A stretch of 64,000 bases of DNA from Haliotis cracherodii. Taxonomy: Eukaryota. The translations under genes were made by a program, and so were the position numbers. The notes below the pieces were generated by a model. It was not told where the DNA came from. It searched no databases and was given only the letters and a program-made list of their open reading frames with translations. Each line of letters starts with the position of its first letter. Position 1 is the stretch's first letter. The stretch covers positions 51,646,001 to 51,710,000 of the forward strand of contig NW_027266330.1 of NCBI RefSeq assembly GCF_022045235.1. Reading direction: 5' to 3'. Shown here in pieces: positions 13,241 through 25,622 of this stretch.

Positions 13241-15121
13241 ATGCATAAAGCAGTGTGAATGCATATTCGTTGCCCAATTAAAACGATCATTAAATAACAC
13301 AACTTCATCATCCGTATATTATGTCAAATTTGATATGCAGGAAACATGTGATATATGTTCACTGACAGTCATTTATCCATGCATTGCTTTGTATAACAGT
13401 TAATTTAACTTCGTTTCTACAGCCTAAAGTTTCGTTATACCCATAAATGACATCATAACAAGGCGATTTCCCAAAGTGTCGGGACAGCGACAGTAAACAT
13501 CGCATTTAACGATAAATAAATCACTGCTGTCGCTGCGTTGCGTTAATTAAGGTTGATTATTTTAAAACAACTAGATTGTTTGCTGTCTACGCGCAGCGCT
13601 GCGCTGCACACGCGCTGGTATAGTGTGGGAGGTGAGGTGAGGTGAAATGGGGTTGAACGTCGCGTCCAAGATTATTGCACTTATATAGCGACGTGCATCT
13701 ACGTGTGTGTGTTTGTGTGGCTGTTTGTACTAGTCCGGACTTATGCCGATTTATAAGGCTAGCTCACTGAGATACCATGTCGCAGTTTAGCATGGATACC
13801 CCACTCAGACACAGTATACTGACTCCGAGCTGACCAGTCCTTGTTTTAGCCCCTTAATGTCGAGCGCCAGACAGGGTAACAACAAGTACCATCTTTTAAC
13901 GTCTTTTGGTATGACGCGGTCGGGGATCGAGCCCCGGACCTTCCGCTCTCCGGGCGGACGCTCTACCACTAGACCACGGAGGCGGTCGTATAATGTAGGA
14001 AGAGTCACCTTCTTCAGTACAAATACATCAGATCTAGAGCTTCAAGTGTTTACCCAACACATCCCGAGTGAGTGGGTGAATATTTATAGTCACCTCGGCA
14101 ATATTTCAGCCATATCGTGACTAAATCAAGTTAGACAGTAATAATACATACAATGTTATTATAAAACCTGTCGTCAAAGGACAGTCAAATAATTAGATTA
14201 TCTCAGATGTATATTTTAAAACTAGTATTGAACCATAAACAAAATTTCACCATAAATAACAATACAGTATAAAAACGGGGCTAGGGATCGCCAGCAATTT
14301 AAGGTAGGCCACCATACTAGGAACCTGGGGACTTACAATACTTCAGCTACCTGCACAGTTCCCAAGCAGGATCAACACGTCTGGAACTGTACGCGCATCC
14401 TACTGTTTCATTTTGACACATAACTAGTTGGTTGTTGGCTCGTCGACAACGTTCAATTATTTATTGGCAAAGTGACTGAGTGAATTAATATTTTATGTCG
14501 CACCATCATTTTTTTCAGCCATGTAGCTACATATGCCAAAGAAAGACCTCAAAAGCACATGAATTCGTGGAAATTATACACTCGGGCGTTCCGCGCCCTC
14601 GTGTCTTCCTTTTTCACGATTTCTTTCTACATGATGGAAAGGGCTTTGTTTTTTATCCACGATCGCATTTCGCCAGCTGACTAAGCATAGACACACGGCA
14701 CCACTCACGATCCGGGTAGAGTATAGGTTTCCAGCACCCCATGCTTGTCGGACAGAGGCGACAAACGGGATCGGGTGGTCAGGCTCGCTGACTTGGTTAA
14801 GACATGTCATTGTATCCTAACTGCGTAGCTCGATGCTTATGATCTCAATCACTGTATTTTCTGGTCCAGATTCGATTATGAATTTTTACAGAACGCCGTC
14901 ATATAGCTGAGTATTGCTGAGTGCGGCGTTAAACAACAAACAAACAATTTATCCACAGGTGATGGACATTCACTTGTACTCTCGTGTCTTGAAACCATCA
15001 GCGATATTTAAGTAGCAGTTGTTTGACGCTTTCACAAACAGTTATTTAGCCTCGACATGTTTAAACTACCAAAGGTAAGTCTATTAAAGAATGTGATGTC
15101 GTTGACATTGCAGGCCTTGAA

Positions 15122-15244
15122 ATGAACTGGGTCCGTCTTTCCGTTTATGCTGCGATCTTGGTGAACTTTGGGCTGTTTTTGACTTTTGTGACACTAACAG
15201 CATGGGAAGTGCAGCCCGACCAGGCACCCAGGATGACCCAAGAG
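15122..15244 (+). CDS. TNF-like ligand gene 1, coding exon 1 (signal anchor/TM, 41 aa)
   Basis: MNWVRLSVYAAILVNFGLFLTFVTLTAW hydrophobic segment; GAG|GTTAGT donor, phase 0. Confidence 0.7.
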
Positions 15245-16151
15245 GTTAGTAAAACCATGCACATTCAAGGATATGTCGACACAATGCTTCACACAGCCAA
15301 GGCCAACTTGTATCCGCAACATCTCTTTACCTTCTAGTCTCGGTCTTGGACCCGTGAAGATCCGGGGTAGAAAAGGTCTTCAGCAACCCATGCTTGCCGT
15401 AAATGGCGACTATGCTTGTCTTAAAAGGCGACTAACGGATCGGATGATCAGGCTCGCTGACTTGGTTGATGGATGTCATCATATCCCAGTTGTGTGGATC
15501 GATGCTCGTGATGTCAATCAATCGATTGTCTGGTCCAGACTCGATTATTGCCGAGTGCGGCGTTAAACAATAAGCAAATAAAACAAACAAAAAGTTTTGC
15601 CCTTGATACATACATAAACACACACCGTGACAGATAATAGATATATCTTTTCTTTATTTTGTGAAATACCATATATATCGCATTTGGTCTGAAATTTGTT
15701 TTGTGACTAGTGAGCTAATGTTTTTTCATCCTCTGCTTTCATTACTGATCGTTATTATCCAAAATCCACTGTGATATTGACGGAAAGTATATCAGTCATG
15801 GTGAAATTATATTTATTGCATCCCCTCGCAAATACTTCTGTTCTTTTTGTGTGTTATGTATTTGTCTGAAATGTCAGAATATATAAATTTCAATGCACAT
15901 ACCATATATATCGCATTTGGTCTGAAATTTGTTTTGTGACTAGTGAGCTAATGTTTTTTCATCCTCTGCTTTCATTACTGATCGTTATTATCCAAAATCC
16001 ACTGTGATATTGACGGAAAGTATATCAGATAAAACATGATTTTTAACCACAGTGAAAAGTCCAGTTAGTGTTTTCGGATAAATATAGTAGTTTAACTCCA
16101 TGTATGCATACTGATACTGATGCGACGTTAAATTTTAACACACTCGCTCAC

Positions 16152-16860
16152 TCATATCATACCCCATATCAACTCGAGACCCCAATATTGTCCAGAAAGC
16201 TTGAGGGTTGATGTGGGGGTCGAGGGTTGATATGAGGTAGCAATGCTCATGGCAAGGAGGTAACTCTTCCTGGACTTATTCTCAAAGCTAGTTTACCACA
16301 CCTCGGAGGGTCGGTTCAAAATCCCATCTCCAAACTTAAAGCAGAAAGCGGGAAAATCAGCGTACATCACAAACTAGGGTAAAGGTTGCGTGCGTATTTC
16401 ATAAGCTGCTATTTTTAGAATTTTCTTCGAAATTGAGTTTCAATGAAGTCAACAGTTATTCTTAAAACTATCAATACAGCCGAATACGCGGTTGTAAATA
16501 GGTTTATTCTCTTCTGCAATCAGTTGTTATAATTTCCAGTGTGTTTTAGATTTAATTTATAAGGGACAATATCTAAAAAAATAATTAAATCCGACCCCAC
16601 CTTAATTCTATTAGCGGTATGCAGTTTTTACATAACAACGCAGTTACTTCCCTTCGGACATGCTTCGCCAAGCTCCTTCCCAGCGCGTGACACCTTCGTT
16701 ACACTCTCAGTAACATAGTATAGAGAGCTCCGGGAACGGGCTATCGCTGTGAGGAGCTTGAAACTTCGCAAACACGATTGAAATTACCACAGGCTCAGAT
16801 TATGAGGTATGATATGATAATAACCTTTTCATCATATACCATAACATCAAAGCTGTACTG
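16152..16860. mobile_element. Putative non-autonomous element with hairpin-rich ends (Crypton-like appearance)
   Basis: catatcataccccata at the left end vs tatgaggtatgatatg at the right; internal hairpin atatcaactcgagacccc..ggggtcgagggttgatat. Confidence 0.4.
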
Positions 16861-17207
16861 GACCCCATCTCCTCCTCCCCCACCCCCGACCCCTAGGCTT
16901 TAGATTCCAATCTTAAAACATCTCTAAATTCCGAAAGAACACGTTCACTTTGTTTGGAAGATAATGTCAGCGGAAAAGTATCCGAGCAGACGACGCAATA
17001 TCGATCGCCTATTCAAAATGCATTAGCAAGCCACATCAGCCCGGCCGGGGGTGTAATACGGGTCTGGGTTTTACACCCCATGTGATATTACCGTCTCCAT
17101 GTTGGCTCTATCGCACATGCAAAATACCTCATATTATTGATGGGTTGAAGCCCAGCTTCATGTCTATACATAGACAGGCAAATCTACGGAAGATCCTTTC
17201 TGCCATG

Positions 17208-17565
17208 AACCGCCTCCGTGGTCTAGTGGTAGATCGTCCGCCCGGAGAGCGGAAGGTCCGGGGTTCGATCCCAGGCCGCGTCATACCAAAAGACGTTAAA
17301 AGATGGTACTTGTTGTTACCCTGTCTGGCGCTCGGCATTGAGGGGCTAAAACAAGGACTGGTCGGCTCGGAGTCAGTACACTGTGTCTGAGTGGGGTATT
17401 CATGTTAAACTGCGGCATGGTATCTCAGTGAGCTAGCACTATAAATCGGCATAAGTCCGGACTAGTACAAACAGCCACACAAACACACACACGTACATGC
17501 ACGTCACTATATAAGTGCAATAATCTTGGACGCGACGTTAAACCCCATTTCACCTCACCTCACCT
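17208..17565 (+). mobile_element. SINE family A, in intron 1 of TNF gene 1
   Basis: Full length; TSD cctttctgccatg. Confidence 0.9.
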
Positions 17566-17686
17566 TTCTGCCATGGTGAAATTATATTTATTGCATCCCC
17601 TCGCAAATTCTTCTGTTCTTTTTGTGTGTTATGTATTTGTCTGAAATGTCAGAATATATAAATTTCAATGCACATCTCACTTACAG

Positions 17687-17717
17687 GAGACGGTGTTCGA
17701 AACGCTGAGGCAGCAAG
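17687..17717 (+). CDS. TNF-like gene 1, 31-nt micro-exon 2 (ETVFETLRQQ)
   Basis: ctcacttacAG acceptor, AAG|GTAAAA donor. Supplies the phase 0 to 1 shift needed to join exon 1 to exon 3. Confidence 0.55.
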
Positions 17718-18228
17718 GTAAAATAATGTTCCATTCAAATACAATAGTTAATGCAAATACCTCACTTAACCGTGGTTTTCATATGTACATGTATTGACCC
17801 CCAGTTCATTTCATTTGTTATGGATCGCCTCCGTGGTCTAGTGGAAGAGCGTCCGCCCGGAGAGCGGAAGTTTTGGGGTTCCCACCCTGGCCGCGTCATA
17901 CCAAAAGACGTTGTTACCCTGTCTGACGTTGTTACGCTGTCTTGCGCTCGGCATTAAGGCTAAAACAAGGACTTAAATTGTCGGCGCGGAGTCAGTATAC
18001 TGATTTACCTTCATATGCCCACTCGTCTGAAGCGCCGCAATTCACTGTGCAGAGTTGCCTCCCTTGGGCATGCCAAAAACCTGCATCGTGGCTTCGAGTC
18101 CAGTTTCGCCCCGATAATGTTTCTAGTTTGTCAGTACCATGCTCGTGCTCGACACACCGTGATATAACCGGAACAATGTTGAAAGCTTTGTTAAACCTGT
18201 CTCACTCACTCATGTGGTATATTTACAG

Positions 18229-18342
18229 TTGATCAGTCCAGATCTGAGGACACAAGTGTTTCATACCAGAGAGATGTTGACAAGTGCAATGCTAGTCGAC
18301 CAGCCTTACATCAAGCCTTCACAATACAGGACACGTCTCAAG
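18229..18342 (+). CDS. TNF-like gene 1, exon 3 (stalk plus strand A-like RPALHQ)
   Basis: atttacAG acceptor and AAG|GTAGGT donor; open frame VDQSRSEDTSVSYQRDVDKCNASRPALHQAFTIQDTSQ; phase 1-1. Confidence 0.7.
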
Positions 18343-18659
18343 GTAGGTTGCACGTGTTCAATTCAATTAAACATTTTATATCTGTAAGTGTAGTAGTTGT
18401 TTGTTTGTTTGTTGTTTAACTCCGCACTCGATGACATGGATCGATGACATGCACCAACCGAGTCTGACCACCCGCTCCTGTTAGTCGCCTCTTCCGACAA
18501 GCAGAGTCGCCTTTTACGGCAAGCATGGGTTGCTGAAGACCTATTCTATCCCGGATCTCCACGGGCCTGTAAGTGTGGTAGCAAAGATCACACAACATTA
18601 AGACAATAATAACAGGAAATATTTCTGTACACTGTATTTGTTTTTGTTTTTTTCTTAAG

Positions 18660-19039
18660 GCAGCAGCATTGTCAAGTTGGACGTCGGTGCTGCCACAGAA
18701 GAGATGACTGCTGCCTTGCTCCAAGGTTTCCAATTAGATGATGGCTCCATCAATGTGCTTGTATCCGGCTACTACGTCATCCTCATGGACGTGACCTACT
18801 TCTTCCGTGGCCACATCGATGGGTCACAAGTCAAGGTGTACGTGAGATGCGTCCAGTCCGACCCTGCGAAAGATCTTGTACGGATCTCACAATTATGCAG
18901 GATAGGGAGATATTGTTCCCTTACATTTCAGAGCATTTCGTATTTGTCTCTGACTGCAAAACTCCACTGTGAAGCCAACCATGCCAGTGATATAGTCACC
19001 GCCATTGCGAATACTCACATCAGCCTTGCATTCTTTTGA
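18660..19039 (+). CDS. TNF-like gene 1, last exon (divergent TNF homology domain); spliced protein 215 aa
   Basis: Long polypyrimidine tract plus AG at 18658-59. GFQLDDGSINVLVSGYYVILMDVTY fits the TNF pattern G-x-x-L-x-D-G-x-L-x-V-x3-G-x-Y; stop at 19037-39. Confidence 0.7.
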
Positions 19040-21435
19040 ACAGGCGATGTCCTTTTTTGGCATTTCCTACCACATGTATTTGTCCATATTTACCTGGGCC
19101 AGTTTAGATCACAATTGCATGACTAATACATTCAGGTTAAACGTTTACATTGGTTTAAATTGGTACTCAAGGTTGTTTTTTTTTAAATACAAAAAGATAA
19201 ATACCTACAATATTGGATTTAGAAAAGATCAATCGCGAATCTACTTTTAGTCATTGACATATAGTTCCAGCTTTCAAAGGGGCGGTCGGGTAGCCTAGTG
19301 GTTAAAGCGTTCGCTCGTCACGCCGAAGACTCGGGTTCGATTCCCGACATGGGTACATTGTGTGAAGCCCATTGCTGGTGTCCCCGCCGTGACATTGCTC
19401 GAATGTTGCTAAAAGCGGCGTAAAACCATAGTTACTCGCTCCAGCTTTCAAAGCCTTTATGCACATGTGTTCTGAGCTTATAAAAATATATATTATTGAA
19501 AACAAACATGCAACTTTTGGTTTAATAATTTCATAGGAACGTTAAGTATACATTTTCCTTCCATTGAGTATCATACCTGATTGTGTGGTACGTGTACATA
19601 CGTGAATGTCCAGCTTTAAACCATATTGTATTTTTACTGTTTGTATCGTTCGTTTCTTATTTGATCATACATGGAATATCGCCTTGGAGCACACGCAACT
19701 CAATGGACTGGACCGGTCAGTTTTAACGTTGTCATGACAGCATCAGTCGACTTGCGGGGAAGGTTCCAAGCCATGATCTCGAGCGTTTGGGCGATCTTTT
19801 CACCAAAAGTAGATAGAAACATGTTTTGGACCTTTTGGAATCTCGTAGTTGTGACAAACCACAGTTGAAACTGTTAACTATTTTGTACCATTTCCGTTTC
19901 AAAACGAATAATTTTAAAACTAATTTTTAAAGTCATAAGTCATAAAGTTAAGGCTGCTTAAACTACCGTACCCGCATCCACGAGGGTTTTTCTTATGATG
20001 AGGATTCGGATAAAGGATGATGTTTCGGAAGCAAAAATGTCGCCGTTCAAAGCCCCGTTACAAAACAGGTCATCTGCCTGACCAAACGGAAGTGTGACTT
20101 GTTCACGGGGTTTCTGCCACACTTGAGATATTGAAATTCGGTGATGGATATGGAGGTTATAGCTCTTATACCATTGTCAGTAAACTCGCCGTTCTGGGTT
20201 AACACAGAAGGAATTACGACCGTACAAAGTCCCGTTGTGGATATTCATACGGGCTCATTCCCACGACGACGCCCTCTATAATCCTTCTATTGTGACGAGA
20301 CTACTTGTACAAACTGACCGCCTCCGTGGTCTAGTGGTAGAGCGTCTGCCCGGGGAGCGGAAGGTCCGGGGTTCCATCCCCGCCCGCGTCATACCAAAAG
20401 ACGTTAAAAGATGGTACTTGTTGTTACCCTGTCTGGCGCTCGGCATAAGGGGTTAAAGCAAGGACTGGTCGGCTCGGGAGTCAGTATGCTGTGTCTGAGT
20501 GGGGCATTCACGCTAAACTGCGGCCTGGTATCTCAGTGGGCTAGCACTATAAATCGGCATCAGTCCGGACTAGTACAAGCAGCCACACACACGTGCATGC
20601 ACGTCGCTATATAAGTGCAATAATCTTGGACGCGACGTTAAACCCCATTTCACCTCACCTCACCTCACCTGCGCAAACTCACAAGGAGGCTTGGTGACAG
20701 GGGGCATATCACACTTTTAGCTATTTTCAAACATTGTACAATAGGTCGTCGATGATATTTATTTTGTTTGTTGTTTAACGCCGCACTCAGCAATATTCCA
20801 GCTTTTTTACAGAGGTATCTTAATAATCGGGACTGGACCAGATAATCCAGTGATTGGTTGCTGCATATCTCGACTCTTCCCGGATCGTCACTGGTCTTGT
20901 AGTAGCATCAGTAGTTGTAATAGAAGTAGTATTAACAGTAAGTAGTATTAGTACTAATATGAGTAGGAGTAGTAGTAGTAGTACAAGTAGTAGTACTGGA
21001 TGTAGGTGGTGATCAAGCTCGCTGACTTGGTTGATGCATGGCGTTGTTTGCCTGGATCGATGCTCATGATATCAATCACTGGATTGTCTGGTCCTGACTC
21101 GATTATGTTGGTTGGTTTGTTGTTTAACGCCGCACTCAGCAATATTCCAGCTATATGACGGCGATCTGTAAATAATCGAGTCTGGACCAGACAATCCAGT
21201 GATTAATATCATGAACATCAATCCACGCAATTGGGATCGATGACATGCATCAACCAAGTCGGCCAGCCTGACCACCCGATCCCGTTAGTCGCCTTTTACG
21301 ACAAGCATAGTCACCTTTTACGGCAAGCATGGGTTGCTGAAGACCTATTCTCCCCCGGAATCTTCACGGGCACAAACCGCCGTCATACGCATGTAGCTGG
21401 AGTAGTGCGGCGTTAACAAACAAACAAACAAACTA

Positions 21436-21692
21436 GTGGTGGTAAGGGAAGTAATAATAATAGTAGTAGTAGTAGTAGTCGCGGTGGTGGTAGGGGCGGT
21501 CGAAGAAGTGGTTGTATTTGTAGAAGTAGTGGTGGTGGCAGCAGTAGTGGAAGTTGTTTTTGTAGTAGTAGTGGTAGTTGAAGTAGTAGTGGTAGTAGAT
21601 GTAGTAGTAGTAGTAGTAGTAGTAGTCGTAGAGGAAGCAGGAGTGGTGATAGTAGAGGAATTAGTTGTGGTGGTAGTAGTAGAAGTAGTGAT
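21436..21692. repeat. Degenerate (GTA/GTG)n trinucleotide microsatellite
   Basis: Direct inspection; similar tract at ~20900-21000. Confidence 0.95.
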
Positions 21693-22839
21693 GCTTGTTT
21701 TTTTACTACAATAAACCCAATGTATCTTCACTTATACAGCATTCAGTACAGCTATAACCTAGTTTCAAACAACGGTGTTGTAATACTGTTATCCATGTGA
21801 CATGGTTTGTAAACATATGTCGGCCTAGAGTCATATACATTCACTGCTGAGGTGAACCGCCTGCACACCATACAAATAAACAGATGTGTCAAGGCCAGGT
21901 TCGTAGATCATCAGGGCATTAAATTTCAAATTTAAAGTGTGTTTCCGGTCCTTCATGTCAATAACGTTAGCTGACATTATACATTAGAGCTGTAACTGGA
22001 GGTCAGACATAGTATTACTGTTAACGTCAAGCAGGTTCTTATCTCATTCACACTGTGTTCTGCCTGGCAACAGTGTCAACTCTCTTGTCTAGACTATCAC
22101 TCAGGCCATGCATGGCCATGTGTTCTCATCCGATTTTTTGTTTTGTTTGTTGTTTAACCGACATCTCCGCAACATTCGAACTATATATTGGTCTGTAAAT
22201 AAATGAGTCTGGACCTGACACTCCAGTGGTTGATATCATGAGCATCGTTTCACGCAATTTGGATATGATGATATGCATCAACCAAGTCAGCAAGCCTGAC
22301 CACCCGATCCCTTCTTACTTCAAACAGGTTTTTTTTTTAACCGGTTTGTTGCAGTACAGTCCCGTTTCGAGGTGAAATGGGGTTTACCGTCGCGTCCAAG
22401 ATTATTGCACTTATATAGCGACGTGCATGTACGTGTGTGTGTGTGTGTGTGTGTGTGGCTGCTTGTACTAGTCCGGACTGATGCCGATTTATAGTGCTAG
22501 CTCACTGAGATACCATGCCGCAGTTTAACATGAATACCCCACTCAGACACAGTATACTGACTCCGAGCCGACCAGTCCTTGTTTTAGCCCCTTAATGTCG
22601 AGCGCCTGACAGGGTAACAAGAAGTACCATATTTAAACGTCTTTTGGTATGACGCGGCCGGTGATCGAACCCCGGACCTTCCGCTCTCCGGGTGGACGCT
22701 CTACCACTAGACCACGAAGGCGGTCGTTTCGATATGGAGGGGTGATGTTCCACATCTGAACAAGGAGAGAGCTCACCTGTGGCTCCTTGGTATGCCACAT
22801 GTCAGGAAACGAATTTCTATTCCAGTAAGTAGGTATATA

Positions 22840-23296
22840 CAGAGCTCCAGATAAGCTTTTGGTGTTATGGGTATTTTACCCATGCATTTTAAAATCATTG
22901 GGTATCAGTAATTGTGTATTTAAGTTAAATATTTAAAAACACTATTCATCTTGTCCCTGCAAACTGGTGTCGTGGGGGTTCGAGAGCTTTATAGGACTAA
23001 AAAATACCACGATACTTGCACAAGAAATTGTGATGACAAATGATCATGATGTAACTGTCATCGTGCAGTTTGGCAAGGTTGACGGAATGCCCGTTTATAA
23101 TTTCAAAATAAGTTGCTGATTTGCTAATCGAATACGCAGGGTTACTTCACAATATTTTGATGATACGGACAAGTTTTATTTTTGAAGCGTATCTAATGTT
23201 TGTTGCGTATTTGATACGCTTGGATTTTATTTTACTGCATATTTCTGCATTTCTGATGCGTATTTTACGCAGATACGCAGCTTATCTGGAGCTCTG
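22840..23296. mobile_element. MITE with 17-bp perfect TIR (hAT-like CAG ends)
   Basis: cagagctccagataagc / gcttatctggagctctg; TSD imperfect. Confidence 0.75.
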
Positions 23297-23629
23297 AATA
23301 TATATATATTTTGCCTGATTGTGATGTCTTGATCACGAACGGAGGACATTTCTCCACTCGGACAATTCACCAAACTGACATTTCAAGAAATGGGCTTTTC
23401 CCAACGCTGAATAATAAAAAAAACTATATAAAACAACTGGCATGTGATTTTCCATATAGTTTTATTTACAAGTTGCTCACCTGCATCTTAATAGGGATGG
23501 CACTGGAGATTGAAACAAAATCGGTTTTTTTAAATATTTAATCAAACATGCTGGAGCATGGAATTGATCATGTGCATGTCGAACAAGCACTGGAACTCGA
23601 ATTCCGTTTGGAATTGGAAGGATTAAGAG

Positions 23630-24870
23630 ATGTTATTACAATTTGCCGCAGTTTGTTACAATTGACAGAAATTGATACAACTGAGGTTGGAATTGATCAT
23701 GTTCAGGTCGAACAAACACTGTACCTCGAATTTTGTTTTGAGTAAATACAAATACTAAGAATTTAATGCATAATGGTCTTGATGAATTCAGTCGTTTCAA
23801 AGTCCCGATTTTGATTTCCTAACAGCTAATTAGTTGCACATTTAACACTTCATGCATGTGTCTCTGTATATTTGCAAATGAATCATATTTTATTACAATT
23901 TACCGCAGTGGTTATTACAATTTGCCGCAGTTTTATTACAATTTACCGCAGTGAAGGTATTACAGTTTAACGCAGTATGTATTACAATTTATCATATAAT
24001 GGGTAGGTTTCTCGGCAGGATAAAGCCAACGGATGAAAACGGATATTCACTGTTTATAAACAAACATGGCGTCGCCCTCGTCATTCGGCGATCGAGTCAG
24101 AATTAACCATCGGGAATCTGGATAAAGTACAGGTATAATTGCTATCAAAAGAACAGTCTAATCTTCTGAAAATCAGCGTCTAACTGTGACGTAGCTAAGG
24201 CATTTTATAAGTTTTGGCAACTTTGGAGATATAAATTTCGAAACAATTTTGAGAGGGCACGAGGCCTAGCCAAACGGGATCAGTAGCCATATCCGTGCTT
24301 GTAGACCTCTGCGGCTTGAAACCTTCTCCACAAATTAAAATAGTTGGATTTGGCCGAAATATGTTTGAATTGTTACCTTGTTTCGTTTTGTCGCTGTGTG
24401 TACATCTGACTACACTTCTTAACGTTATGACAGGACAGACCGACTGTCAACAATGTCTGGCCGTGACGTCTCATAGACTAGGGTTAGAGTAGCTGTCCTT
24501 TGACAAAGGGCAGTTACTCCAGCGGACAGACCGATGGAATGCCGCGCAAGACAATTAAAAACAGTTGTTGTTTTGCGTATATGTTGCTTCGCCACTGTAC
24601 AAAAAACAGATTTCAGTTGGAACTATATTGGCTACTGTCACTGTCCGACTGACACATCACTTACCCTGTGACGTAATAAATATTAATGCGCGCATTTCAG
24701 GAAAACTTGCAATGTCTCGGTAATGTTTGTGAACAAAGGCTCGCTAAATAAAATGTTTATTCCTAATGCAGGATATTTACCATCCCCAAACACACTCGCG
24801 TGATAACCTCTATTTACCGCAGTATTCCTTTTTACCGCAGTGTTATTATATCTTACCGCAGTTTATTAAC
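23630..24870. repeat. Dispersed ttacaattt(a/g)ccgcagt repeat array, split by an ~810-bp insert (~23995-24812)
   Basis: Motif copies at ~23636 and 23892-23990, resuming at 24813-24862. Confidence 0.6.
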
Positions 24871-24903
24871 AACGCTACGCTAAACCCATTTCTCCACACC
24901 TCA

Positions 24904-24915
24904 TTTCACTTTTCC
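24904..24915 (-). promoter_or_regulatory. Candidate IRF-E site ~270 bp upstream of the TNF gene 2 ATG
   Basis: Reverse complement GGAAAAGTGAAA fits the IRF1/2 consensus; motif match only. Confidence 0.3.
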
Positions 24916-25178
24916 GAATAATACTGATTCCCCAGGAATCTATCGACTGGCTTCATAAATAGATCCACCGCGTTGTCTGTGTTTGTAAACAACAATCCGA
25001 TTGCCAAGCACTCAGTCTAGACTTTGGAGTGCTTGGCAATCGGTTTGTACAATGTGCGAGTGCGCCTGTCGCCTTTTTACACGCCTTCATGTCGGCTCAA
25101 TCAGGAAGCTTGGTCGACCTTTCACCTACATTTCCACGAAAACGTCGCTTACCAGGAAGATAGCGTCCCACGATTAAA

Positions 25179-25622
25179 ATGGCGGTCCTGACCGTGCACA
25201 CTGAACCTCGCAAGGCAAAATACAAGCTGTGTGATGATGCATCTGGTATGTTGGAAAGCAGTAAAGTGGAACACCGCCCACATCAAAGGGACGCTACTGC
25301 AGGACGCTGCGACGGAGACTCACGCAGGGCGAAGCTGTACTTCGGTGTAGCTGTACTCTTAGTGTCACTGGGGGTCAATATCATAGGCGCAGTGTACCTC
25401 TGGAGAGCTGTTGGACGCGAAAGGAATGACGGTCCGCGAGCTGAGGCTCTTGTGTCGGTGTTGCACGATGAGGGCACGGTTTGCACGGACTGCGGGTCAC
25501 TTGGTGTTCAGCCGGGCACTTACAAGTCTGACTTGCACGGGCTTTACGTGCGTCACGTGACGGGATCATCCTATTTGTGTTGTTTACAAAATGCTGAAGG
25601 ATTATGGAGACTCGCCTCGATA
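25179..25622 (+). CDS. TNF-superfamily ligand gene 2, exon 1 (cytoplasmic tail, TM, CxxC..CC stalk; 148 aa)
   Basis: aaaATGg start; TM LYFGVAVLLVSLGVNIIGAVYLW; ATA|GTGAGT donor, phase 0. Confidence 0.9.

Noticed and set aside
13560-13620. Helitron 3' end (GC hairpin plus CTGG)
   Set aside because: Suggestive, but no 5' end or second copy is visible to support it.
15014-15121. Extra upstream coding exon for TNF gene 1 (donor at 15074, acceptor at 15114)
   Set aside because: The intron would be only ~41 nt and the compatible frame contains a stop; at most a 5' UTR exon.
17082-17390. Recurrent small ORF families (DRLRGLVVERPPG.., MVRLADLVDACHR.., MWVRIPVRPDY..)
   Set aside because: These are translations of SINE families A, D and C, not a protein family.
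21345-21731. Thr-rich mucin-like ORF (-) and poly-Val ORF (+)
   Set aside because: Translation of a degenerate trinucleotide microsatellite that runs into a SINE; no supporting exon structure.
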